Positions 1-8,480 of a DNA stretch of 57,132 bases are shown here, one piece after another (position 1 is the first letter of the stretch; the number at the start of each line of letters is the position of its first letter). Made by a program: the position numbers and the translations under genes. A model generated the notes under the pieces. That model saw nothing but the letters and a program-made list of their open reading frames with translations, was not told the origin of the DNA and did not search any database. The stretch comes from Terrimesophilobacter sp. (GTDB lineage Bacteria; Actinomycetota; Actinomycetes; Actinomycetales; Microbacteriaceae). The stretch is taken from positions 1 through 57,132 of the forward strand of contig DAITPJ010000003.1 in NCBI GenBank assembly GCA_036833635.1. The letters are read 5' to 3'.

Positions 1-2
1 AC

Positions 3-119
3 CAGGCCGATGCCAGCGACCTGTGCAACGTTCTGCGCACCCGTACCGGGCGCCCCACGCCACGATTCACGACCAAGCCGACCACACCCGACGACGACAA
101 CGAAGCCGCGCCTTTCTGA
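3..119 (+). CDS. 3' end of a CDS entering from the left edge (QADASDLCNVLRTRTGRPTPRFTTKPTTPDDDNEAAPF*), product unknown
   Basis: Open frame from 3 to TGA at 117-119; ends in an acidic tail plus PF. Not in the ORF track because it lacks a start within the window. Confidence 0.4.
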   Translation, partial: QADASDLCNVLRTRTGRPTPRFTTKPTTPDDDNEAAPF

Positions 120-248
120 GTTGCCACTCTGCAGCATTCTGGCCCGTGACTCGGCAATAGCCCGAGCAGAAGCGGCGCTGACCGAAGGTGGGACCGCGGG
201 CCCCGGAATCCGTCGTCCGCACCACCCTCCGGTCGATATGGTTATTCC

Positions 249-1502
249 ATGAGCACGAGTCCCAAGGGTCCACAGAACGTCGTCGTCATCGGAGCCGGAA
301 TGATCGGACTCGCGACGGCCTGGCACCTTCAGGAACGCGGCGTGAAAGTGACAGTGCTCGACCGCAAGGGCGTCGCGGCAGGCTCGAGCTGGGGCAACGC
401 CGGATGGCTCACCCCCGCGCTCACCCTCCCCCTCGGCGAACCGTCCGTGCTGCTCTCGGGCCCCCAGGCGATGCTGAGTTCGAAGTCGCCCCTCTACATT
501 CCGCTCGCGCTCGACCCCAAACTCATCCGCTTCCTCCTCGGCTTCGCCTGGCACGCACTCCCCCGCCAGTGGCGCAAGTCGATCGAGATCTTCGCCAAGG
601 TCAACCCCCTCGCCATGGATGCCTTCCACGAGCTGACAGCGGGCGGCGTCAAGGAACCCGTCAAAGAGGCGAAGCCCTTCCTCGCCGGGTTCCTCAGCGA
701 CAAGGACCGCAAAGTGCTCCTCCACGAGTTCGAGGTCGTCACCCAGAGCGGCGGCACCGTCGACTTCGACCTTGCGACGGGCGACGAACTGCGCGCTATC
801 GAGCCCACGCTCTCGGATGCTGTGGCCTCCGGTGTGCTCCTGCGCGGCCAGTACTTCATCAACCCGCCCAAGTACGCCGAATCCCTCGCCGATGCGGTCA
901 GGAAGCGCGGTGCCGAGCTCAGGACGGGCTTCGACGTCTCCGATATCAAAGACCTCGGGACCGGCGTCGAGGTGATCGCAGCATCCGGTGACACCATCAA
1001 GGCCGACGCAGTCGTCGTCGCGACCGGCGCCTGGCTTGGCAAACTCGCTCGCCACTTCGGCGTCAAGGCCATCGTGCAGGCGGGCCGAGGCTACAGCTTC
1101 AGCGTCACGCCGGAAGTCATCCCCTCGCACCCGATCTACTTCCCGACCCAGCGCCTCGCCTGCACTCCCCTCGGCGACCGACTGCGCATCGGCGGCATGA
1201 TGGAGTTCCGCAACGTGGACGCCGCCCCGGACCCGCGCCGCATCCGCACCCTCGTTGATGCAGGTCGCCCCGTCTTCCAGGGCGTCGACTGGGAGGCGCG
1301 CAAGGAGGAATGGGTCGGCGGCCGCCCTGTCACGGCCGACGGCCACGCCCTCATCGGCGCGACGAAGTCACCGCGCGTGTTCGTGGGCGGTGGCCACGGC
1401 ATGTGGGGAATTGCACTCGGCCCGCTCACGGGCAAGCTTCTCGCCGGCGCGGTCGTCGGCGAACCCGACCCGGTCCTGCAGCACTTCGACCCCCTGCGCT
1501 AG
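249..1502 (+). CDS. FAD-dependent oxidoreductase, D-amino acid dehydrogenase (DadA/DAO) family
   Basis: VIGAGMIG Rossmann motif, GSSWGNAG, GRGYS, GHGMWGIALGP; -10 TATGGT (237-242) 6 nt before ATG. Confidence 0.9.
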   Translation: MSTSPKGPQNVVVIGAGMIGLATAWHLQERGVKVTVLDRKGVAAGSSWGNAGWLTPALTLPLGEPSVLLSGPQAMLSSKSPLYIPLALDPKLIRFLLGFAWHALPRQWRKSIEIFAKVNPLAMDAFHELTAGGVKEPVKEAKPFLAGFLSDKDRKVLLHEFEVVTQSGGTVDFDLATGDELRAIEPTLSDAVASGVLLRGQYFINPPKYAESLADAVRKRGAELRTGFDVSDIKDLGTGVEVIAASGDTIKADAVVVATGAWLGKLARHFGVKAIVQAGRGYSFSVTPEVIPSHPIYFPTQRLACTPLGDRLRIGGMMEFRNVDAAPDPRRIRTLVDAGRPVFQGVDWEARKEEWVGGRPVTADGHALIGATKSPRVFVGGGHGMWGIALGPLTGKLLAGAVVGEPDPVLQHFDPLR

Positions 1503-1512
1503 GGCACAGGGT

Positions 1513-1869
1513 TCATCCCGCGGTGCTCTCGTCGATGCGCCGCAAGAGCGTCACGAAAGCATCCCGGATGCTGTCGTGGTCGTTCTGCGCCGCCCGGCTC
1601 TCTCCTGAGATGACCGCGCAGCGATGCACCTTGGTGAAGTCGCCGTACGGGAACTCGTAGTGGCCCTTGGTGTCCGGGTCCATCTCGTCATTCACCCCCA
1701 GGAACCACTTCGAGTACTCCTCCCAGCCGTGCCGGTCGAGGAAGTCGTTCTCCTCGTCCGCCGAGGGCGCATGCTCGCTCCAGTCGTCGCGGCTGTCGTG
1801 GGTGGCCTTGCGGTCCTCCACGAGGTTCTTGGCGTGCTTGAACCCCGCGTCATTCAGGTTGACGGTCAT
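1513..1869 (-). CDS. Conserved hypothetical protein, 118 aa, acidic and His-rich
   Basis: AAGGAG RBS before ATG; natural-looking composition; -10 TAGACT at 1905-1910 on the minus strand. Confidence 0.8.
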   Translation of the reverse strand: MTVNLNDAGFKHAKNLVEDRKATHDSRDDWSEHAPSADEENDFLDRHGWEEYSKWFLGVNDEMDPDTKGHYEFPYGDFTKVHRCAVISGESRAAQNDHDSIRDAFVTLLRRIDESTAG

Positions 1870-1945
1870 TGTCGGCTCCTTATCCCTACCGAGGTCTGCG
1901 CCGAAGTCTAGGTTCGCTCCCTGAGTCGCGGGTGACTCCCAGCGC

Positions 1946-1974
1946 TTGTTCAGCTAGAAGCTATGTTCGATAAT
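1946..1974 (+). promoter_or_regulatory. imuA' promoter with LexA (SOS) box
   Basis: TAGAAG-CTAT-GTTCGA (1955-1970) vs actinobacterial consensus TCGAAC-N4-GTTCGA; TTGTTC (1946-51)-17 nt-GATAAT (1969-74); ATG 6 nt downstream. Confidence 0.75.
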
Positions 1975-1980
1975 GGAAGG

Positions 1981-2619
1981 ATGTCGAACGCAGCTCTCGC
2001 CCTTCCCACCCGGGATGAGCAGGTGCGCGAACTGCAGGAGCGCATCCGGAAGCTCCAGGCGCCGCGGCTCGACAGTCCAGGCCTGCCCACCCACCCTGCA
2101 CTCGCACGGCTGCTGCCGGGCGGTGCGCTGCAGGAGGGCGCGAGCTACTCCGTGGATCGTTCGCTCACCCTCCTCATGCTCCTGCTGGCTGCACCCTCCG
2201 CTGCAGGTGTCTGGTGCGGCGTCGTCGGCGTGCCAGAGTTCGGCATAGAGGCAGCGGCGGGCTTCGGGATCGACCTCGAGCGGCTCGTGCTCGTCCCGCG
2301 CCCCGGAGACCAGTGGCTCGCCGCGACCGCTGCCCTCGCCGACGCCATGGGCGTCATCGTCACCCGACCGCCCCGGCAGGCGAGCGATGCGAGCGTCGCG
2401 CGGCTCTCCGCACGGCTCAGGAAGCGCGGGGCGGTCATGCTCGTGCTCGGCAGCTGGCCGCAGAGCGAGGCGATGCTGAGCATCACCGGGAGCGCCTGGA
2501 GCGGAATCAGTGAGGGTCACGGCCACCTCGGCACGCGCGAGGCGACCGTGACCGTCACGAGCAGGGCAGCCGGTCGGCCGCGCAGCGCACGGCTCGTGCT
2601 GCCGGGGATCTCCCCGTGA
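1981..2619 (+). CDS. imuA: ImuA'-like RecA-fold mutasome accessory protein (Rv3395c-like)
   Basis: LARLLPGGAL and GIEAAAGFGIDLERLVLVPRPG motifs; upstream of imuB-dnaE2; SOS box. Start set at 1981 from promoter spacing. Confidence 0.85.
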   Translation: MSNAALALPTRDEQVRELQERIRKLQAPRLDSPGLPTHPALARLLPGGALQEGASYSVDRSLTLLMLLLAAPSAAGVWCGVVGVPEFGIEAAAGFGIDLERLVLVPRPGDQWLAATAALADAMGVIVTRPPRQASDASVARLSARLRKRGAVMLVLGSWPQSEAMLSITGSAWSGISEGHGHLGTREATVTVTSRAAGRPRSARLVLPGISP

Positions 2620-2650
2620 CACCGTGGCGTGACGGGCCTAAGCTCCCTCC

Positions 2651-3412
2651 ATGGCGTTCGACGTCCCGGCCGAGGCCTACGACCGGTTCATGGGCAGGTA
2701 CTCGACCCTGCTCTCTGCGCCCTTCGCGGACTTCGCGGGCGTGCATCCGGGGCAGCGCGCGCTCGACGTGGGCTGCGGGCCGGGCGCCCTCACTGCAGAG
2801 CTCGTCCGGCGGTTGGGCGCCGAGGCGGTCGCCGCGGTCGACCCGTCCCCGCCCTTCGTCCTGGCCGCCAGGGAGCGCCATCCGCAGGTGGATGTCCGCG
2901 AAGCGGTCGCCGAGGATCTTCCGTTCCCCGACAGCTCCTTCGATATCGCGCTCGCGCAGCTCGTCGTGCACTTCATGTCAGACCCCCTCGTGGGGCTCGG
3001 CGAGATGCTGCGCATCGTTCGCCCCGGCGGCATCGTCGCCGCGACTGTCTGGGATTTCGCCGGCGAGCACTCCCCGCTCAGCGTGTTCTGGCGTGCAGCA
3101 CGCGCGATCGATCCGGATGTCCGTGACGAGTCGCTGCTCGCCGGGGCCCAGGAGGGCGGCCTCAGCGAGTTGTTCACTGCGGTGGGCTTCCACGATGTGA
3201 CAGAAACCTCCCTCGAGATCAGCGTTCAGCACAGTGACTTCGAGGAGTGGTGGGCGCCGTATACGGGAGGGGTCGGCCCCGCCGGCTTCTACTTCTCCTC
3301 GCTCGCCCCCGAGGAACAGGACGCGCTTCAGGAGAGATGCCGCACGATGCTCCCTGACGGTCCCTTCACACTCGTCTCTCGCGCCTGGGCGGCGCGGGGC
3401 GTCGTCGCATGA
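2651..3412 (+). CDS. Class I SAM-dependent methyltransferase
   Basis: ALDVGCGPG motif I, VDPS, AEDLPFPDSSFD, RPGG; own -10 TAAGCT (2639-44) 6 nt before ATG. Confidence 0.9.
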   Translation: MAFDVPAEAYDRFMGRYSTLLSAPFADFAGVHPGQRALDVGCGPGALTAELVRRLGAEAVAAVDPSPPFVLAARERHPQVDVREAVAEDLPFPDSSFDIALAQLVVHFMSDPLVGLGEMLRIVRPGGIVAATVWDFAGEHSPLSVFWRAARAIDPDVRDESLLAGAQEGGLSELFTAVGFHDVTETSLEISVQHSDFEEWWAPYTGGVGPAGFYFSSLAPEEQDALQERCRTMLPDGPFTLVSRAWAARGVVA

Positions 3413-3425
3413 CCGCGCTGGTTTT

Positions 3426-3447
3426 TGTCGCAGGTATGTTCGATACT
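3426..3447 (+). promoter_or_regulatory. imuB promoter: LexA-like box overlapping a PafBC-like motif
   Basis: TCGCAG-GTAT-GTTCGA (3428-3443); TGTCGC-N10-GATACT (3426-3447); ATG 6 nt after the -10. Confidence 0.65.
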
Positions 3448-3453
3448 TAAGGG

Positions 3454-5028
3454 ATGCCATCCGCATCCTCCCCTGAGCGCGTCATGCTCCTGTGGTGCCC
3501 CGACTGGCCGGTCGAGGCCGCCCTGCGAACGCGGGGGCACGCCGTCCCAGGCCTGCGACCGGATGCCCCCATCGCGCTCATCGAGGCCGGTCGCGTGTTC
3601 GCCTGCTCGGCGTCCGCGCGCGCACAGGGTGTCTCACGCGGGCTCAAGCTGCGGGAGGCCCAGGCGCGCTGCCCCGCCCTTCTCGTCGAGCCCTGGCGCC
3701 CCGCGGACGACGCGAGGGCCTTCGAGCCGGTCCTCACCGGCATCGAAGAGCTCATGCCGGGCGTCGAACCACTGCGGCCCGGCGTCTGCGCGATTCGCGC
3801 TAAAGGGCCCTCCGCCTACTACGGCGGCGAGGAGGAGGCGGCCCTGTGGCTTCTCGACCGCCTCGACGAGCTCGGGATCCCCGGCGCGAGGATCGGCATT
3901 GCCGACGGCGTCTTCACCGCAGAGCAGGCCGCACGGCAGTACGGGCCGCGACGCGATCCGTCGCGCATCCGGATCGTGCCGGCGGGGGGTGCGGCGGCGT
4001 TCCTCGCTCCCCTGCCGATCGGTGTGCTCGATGACATGCCCATCGTCACCCTCCTGCGTCGCCTCGGCGCCTACACGCTCGGAGACTTCGCAGCGTTCGG
4101 CGCCGGCGACGTGCTGGGTCGCCTCGGCGAGCAGGGCGCACGCCTGCACGCGCTCTCCGGCGGCCTCGACTCCCGCCCCGTCGTTGCCCGTGTTCCTCCC
4201 GACGATCTCGAGTGCGCCATCGACTTCGAGCCCGCGGTCGACCGCATCGACCAGGTCGCGTTCGGGGTGCGGGGGCTCGCCGACCGGTTCATCGCCGGCC
4301 TGACTGCGGCGCGGCTCGTGTGCACGTCCGTGCAGGTCGAATTCGGCGCGGAACGCGGTGAGCTCTCGACGCGCACCTGGCTCCACCCGCGATCCTTCAC
4401 CGCCTCCGAGGTCGTCGACCGGGTTCGGTGGCAGCTGCAGGGCGGGGCCACCGAGGTCGGCCTCGACTCGGGGGTGGTGTCCGTGCGGCTCATCCCCGCC
4501 AGCGTCGACTCGATCGCCCACCACGAGGATGGACTCTTCGGCGGCGGGCCGGATGAGCGCATCCACCACGCTCTCTCACGCGTGCAGGGCATGCTCGGCC
4601 GCACGGCCGTTCTCACCGGGGCGGTCGGGGGCGGTCGGGGGCCCGCCGACCGTGCGACGCTCGTGCCGTGGGGCGAGCGGCTCGTGCACGAGCGGGAACC
4701 GGATCCGCCATGGCCTGGACGGCTTCCAGAGCCTGCCCCGTCGACCGTCTTCGAACCGCCGCGTCCCGTGGCGGTGTTCTCGGCATCCGGGGACGAACTC
4801 GCTGTGGACGACCGGGGCGTGCTCTCCGCACCGCCTGCGAGCATCTCGAGCGGCCGGGCGACCCTGCGCGTCGAAGCGTGGGCAGGCCCGTGGACGGTGG
4901 ACGAGCGGTGGTGGGACGCTGAGCTGGCCAGCCGCACGAGCCGTCTCCAGGTCGTCGACACGGCCGGAACTGGGTGGTTGCTCGCGCTCGAGCACGGCAG
5001 TTGGTGGGTCGAGGGGCGGTACGACTGA
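3454..5028 (+). CDS. imuB: ImuB, Y-family DNA polymerase-like protein (expected catalytically inactive)
   Basis: WCPDWP N-terminus, ARAQGVSRGLKLREAQARCP, C-terminal AWAGPW..ERWWD and EGRYD; TGATG overlap with dnaE2. Confidence 0.92.
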   Translation: MPSASSPERVMLLWCPDWPVEAALRTRGHAVPGLRPDAPIALIEAGRVFACSASARAQGVSRGLKLREAQARCPALLVEPWRPADDARAFEPVLTGIEELMPGVEPLRPGVCAIRAKGPSAYYGGEEEAALWLLDRLDELGIPGARIGIADGVFTAEQAARQYGPRRDPSRIRIVPAGGAAAFLAPLPIGVLDDMPIVTLLRRLGAYTLGDFAAFGAGDVLGRLGEQGARLHALSGGLDSRPVVARVPPDDLECAIDFEPAVDRIDQVAFGVRGLADRFIAGLTAARLVCTSVQVEFGAERGELSTRTWLHPRSFTASEVVDRVRWQLQGGATEVGLDSGVVSVRLIPASVDSIAHHEDGLFGGGPDERIHHALSRVQGMLGRTAVLTGAVGGGRGPADRATLVPWGERLVHEREPDPPWPGRLPEPAPSTVFEPPRPVAVFSASGDELAVDDRGVLSAPPASISSGRATLRVEAWAGPWTVDERWWDAELASRTSRLQVVDTAGTGWLLALEHGSWWVEGRYD

Positions 5029-8000
5029 TGGGATGGCACAACCCGCCGGTGCCCTGGGCGGAGCTCGAACGGATGCTCTCGGATCGGCGCCCGACCAATC
5101 GGCCGAGAGGTGCCGACGGGGGCGACAGCCCCGGTTGGTCGAACAAGCGGGCGCCATACCGGCCACCGCAGCAGCTGGCGTTCCAGTCCGGGCCGAGCGC
5201 GCCCGTCGTGCCCTACGCCGAGTTGCACGCGCACTCCCACTACAGCTTCCTCGACGGCGCGAGCGGCCCGGAGGAGCTGCTCGAGGAGGCCGTGCGGCTG
5301 GGCCTGCACGCCCTCGCCCTCACCGACCACGACGGTTTCTACGGGATCCCGCGCATGGCGGAGGCCGCCGAGAGCTTCCCGCAACTGAAGACGGTCTTCG
5401 GGGCGGAACTCTCCCTCGGGCTCGGCAAACCGCAGAACGGCATCGCCGACCCCGAGGGCAGCCACCTCCTCGTGCTCGCCCGCCGCCAGGAGGGCTACCA
5501 CCGGCTCTCCGGGGCGATCACCGCTGCGCACATCGTCCCCGGTGCAGAGAAGGGTCGCCCCCTCTACGACCTCGACGAACTCGCCGAGCGCGCGGACGGG
5601 CATTGGCTCGTGCTCACCGGATGCCGCAAGGGCGGGGTGCGCCAGGCTCTCGCCTCGGGGGGTGCCGGCGCTGCAGGGTTCAGTGCCGCCGGACGCGAGC
5701 TCGATCGCCTCGTGGAGCTCTTCGGCGCGGACAATGTCGCCGTCGAGCTCTACCACCACGGCTACCCGCTCGACGACGTGCACAACGACGCACTCGCGGC
5801 ACTCGCCGCCCGGAAGGGGCTTCCCGTCGTGGCGACGGGCAACGTCCACTACGCGACGCCCGATCGGCATCGACTTGCGACGGCCCTCGCCGCGGTACGT
5901 GCCCGCCGCAGCCTCGACGACCTCGACGGCTGGCTGCCGGCATCCGGAACTGCCCATCTGCGCAGCGGAGCGGAGCTCGAGAGGATCTTCGCACGCTACC
6001 CCGGTGCGATCGAGCGCACGGTCGAGTTCGCCGACGAGCTCGCGTTCCGCCTGCGCAGCGTGCGCCCGGGCCTCCCCGACCAGGAGGTGCCGCCGGGCCA
6101 CACCCCGATGAGCTGGCTCAGGGAGCTCGTCAGGGAGGCGATCCCCGGCCGGTACCCCCATGGACTCGACGCGCGCGGGCACGCGAGGGTCGAGCGCGAA
6201 CTGGCAGTGATCGAGGAGAAGGACTTCCCCGGCTACTTCCTCATCGTGCACGACATCGTCGAGGAGGCCCGCCGGCGCGGCATCCTGTGCCAGGGGCGCG
6301 GCTCGGCGGCGAACTCGGTCGTCTGCTACCTGCTCGGCATCACCGCGGTCGACGCGATCTTCTACGACCTGCCGTTCGAGCGGTTCCTCTCGAGCATGCG
6401 CGAGGAGGAGCCCGACATCGACGTCGACTTCGACTCGGAGCGGCGCGAGGAGATCATCCAGTACGTGTACGGCAAGTACGGGCGGGAGAACGCGGCGCAG
6501 GTCGCGAATGTCATCACCTACCGTGCGAAGGCGGCCGTGCGCGACATGGCGAAGGCGCTCGGTCACTCCCCCGGCCAGCAGGACGCCTGGTCGCGGCAGG
6601 TCGAACGCTATGAGCTTCCGAAACCCCGCACGGGCTCCACGAGCGACCATGACATCCCGGATGCCGTCACCTGGCTCGCCTGGCAGGTGCGGGACTTCCC
6701 TCGGCACCTCGGCATCCACTCCGGCGGGATGGTGCTCACCAAGCGGCCGGTCGGCGAGGTCGTGCCGATCGAGCACGCCCGCATGGAGAACCGCACGGTG
6801 CTGCAGTGGGACAAGGACGACTGCGCCTGGATGGGCCTCGTCAAGTTCGACCTGCTGGGCCTCGGCATGCTCGCGGCGCTGCAGCGCTGCATCGATCTCG
6901 CGCGGGACACGGTCGGCGAGGCCTGGACGCTCGCGACGATCCCCAAGGAGGAGCCGGGCGTCTACGACATGCTGTGCAGGGCGGATGCCGTCGGCGTCTT
7001 CCAGGTGGAGAGCAGGGCCCAGCTCAACACCCTCCCGCGCCTGCAGCCGCGCCGGTTCTACGAGCTCGTGACCGAGATCGCCCTCATCCGGCCCGGCCCC
7101 ATCCAGGGTGGGGCCGTGCACCCCTACATCCGCCGCAAGACGGGCAAGGAGGCCGTGACCTACGCGCATCCGGCGCTGAAGCCCGTGCTCGAGCGCACGC
7201 TCGGCATCCCGCTCTTCCAGGAGCAGGCCATGCAGATGGCGATGGCGCTCGGCGATCTCGATGCGGATGACGCGAGCCTTCTGCGCCGCGCGATCGGTTC
7301 CAAGCGGGGAGAGCAGCGGATCTCAGCGCTCGAGGACAAGCTCTACGCGGGGATGAAGGCGAAGGGCGTTTCTCGCGAAGATGCCGACGACATCTACCAG
7401 CGGATCAAGGCGTTCTCCCAGTTCGGGTTCGCCGAGAGCCATTCGATCAGCTTCGCGCTGCTCGTCTACGCGAGCTCGTGGTTCAAGCTGCACTACCCCG
7501 GTGCATTTCTCGCCGCGCTCCTGAGCGCCCAGCCGATGGGGTTCTACTCGCCCAAGAGTCTCGTGGCCGATGCCCGCAGGCACGGCGTGGAGGTGCGTCG
7601 CCCCGACATCCTGCGCTCGGGAGTGGACGCAGAGCTCGAGGAGCTCGAAGGGTCGGCGGCATCGGGCACCCCCGGCTGCCTCGACCCGGAGCAGCCTCCG
7701 GTTCCCGAGCGGTTCGACCCCTCTGCGCACTTCGACCCTGCCGAGCATCGCCGCGATGCGCGCTTCGCCGTACGGCTCGGCCTCGCCGCGATCAAGGGGG
7801 TCGGAAGGCCACTCGCCGAGAGGATCGTGGCCGAGCGCGACCGGGGAGGGCCATACCGCGACCAGGCCGACCTTGTGAGGAGGACCGGCGTGCGGACCGC
7901 CCAGCTGGAAGCACTCGCGACGGCGGACGCCTTCGCCTCCCTCGGGCTCACGATGCGCCAGGCGCTCTGGTCGGCGGGTTCCGCGGCCCAGGATCGCGCC

Positions 8001-8468
8001 GAGTTCCTGCGCGACACGGTCGTATCCGTCCAGCCGCCTCTCTTCGCCATGCCGACCGACGTGGAGAAGCTCGACGCCGACCTCTCCTCGACGGGCATCT
8101 CGGTCGACGACGACCCCATCCGGCCGTACCGTCCTGCACTCGAGGAGCGGGGCATCCTCAGCGCCCGGCAGCTCGCGACGGCAGAGGCGGGCCGCCGCAT
8201 CGAGGTCTGCGGCGTCGTGACGCACCGGCAGCATCCGTCGACAGCGGGCGGCATCATCTTCCTGACCCTCGAGGACGAGACGGGGCTCGCGAACATCATC
8301 TGCTCCCCCGGCGCGTGGAGGCGCTACCGGAGGGTCGCCCTCGAGTCGCGCGTGCTCGTCGTGCGCGGCATCCTCGAGCGTTCGGCGGAGGGCGTGAGCA
8401 ACGTGCTCGCCGACCGTTTCGAGCCGGTCGGGATCGTGACGCACGGGTCATCGCGCGACTTCCGGTGA
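5028..8468 (+). CDS. dnaE2: Error-prone DNA polymerase DnaE2 (ImuC)
   Basis: YAELHAHSHYSFLDG PHP domain, PDIDVDF catalytic motif, GRGSAANS, C-terminal SRDFR typical of DnaE2. Confidence 0.96.
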   Translation: MGWHNPPVPWAELERMLSDRRPTNRPRGADGGDSPGWSNKRAPYRPPQQLAFQSGPSAPVVPYAELHAHSHYSFLDGASGPEELLEEAVRLGLHALALTDHDGFYGIPRMAEAAESFPQLKTVFGAELSLGLGKPQNGIADPEGSHLLVLARRQEGYHRLSGAITAAHIVPGAEKGRPLYDLDELAERADGHWLVLTGCRKGGVRQALASGGAGAAGFSAAGRELDRLVELFGADNVAVELYHHGYPLDDVHNDALAALAARKGLPVVATGNVHYATPDRHRLATALAAVRARRSLDDLDGWLPASGTAHLRSGAELERIFARYPGAIERTVEFADELAFRLRSVRPGLPDQEVPPGHTPMSWLRELVREAIPGRYPHGLDARGHARVERELAVIEEKDFPGYFLIVHDIVEEARRRGILCQGRGSAANSVVCYLLGITAVDAIFYDLPFERFLSSMREEEPDIDVDFDSERREEIIQYVYGKYGRENAAQVANVITYRAKAAVRDMAKALGHSPGQQDAWSRQVERYELPKPRTGSTSDHDIPDAVTWLAWQVRDFPRHLGIHSGGMVLTKRPVGEVVPIEHARMENRTVLQWDKDDCAWMGLVKFDLLGLGMLAALQRCIDLARDTVGEAWTLATIPKEEPGVYDMLCRADAVGVFQVESRAQLNTLPRLQPRRFYELVTEIALIRPGPIQGGAVHPYIRRKTGKEAVTYAHPALKPVLERTLGIPLFQEQAMQMAMALGDLDADDASLLRRAIGSKRGEQRISALEDKLYAGMKAKGVSREDADDIYQRIKAFSQFGFAESHSISFALLVYASSWFKLHYPGAFLAALLSAQPMGFYSPKSLVADARRHGVEVRRPDILRSGVDAELEELEGSAASGTPGCLDPEQPPVPERFDPSAHFDPAEHRRDARFAVRLGLAAIKGVGRPLAERIVAERDRGGPYRDQADLVRRTGVRTAQLEALATADAFASLGLTMRQALWSAGSAAQDRAEFLRDTVVSVQPPLFAMPTDVEKLDADLSSTGISVDDDPIRPYRPALEERGILSARQLATAEAGRRIEVCGVVTHRQHPSTAGGIIFLTLEDETGLANIICSPGAWRRYRRVALESRVLVVRGILERSAEGVSNVLADRFEPVGIVTHGSSRDFR

Positions 8469-8480
8469 CAGGATGGAAGC

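Noticed and set aside
4071..7169. 1032-aa antisense ORF over imuB/dnaE2
   Set aside because: Shadow frame of high-GC coding sequence; no motifs; lies opposite well-supported genes.
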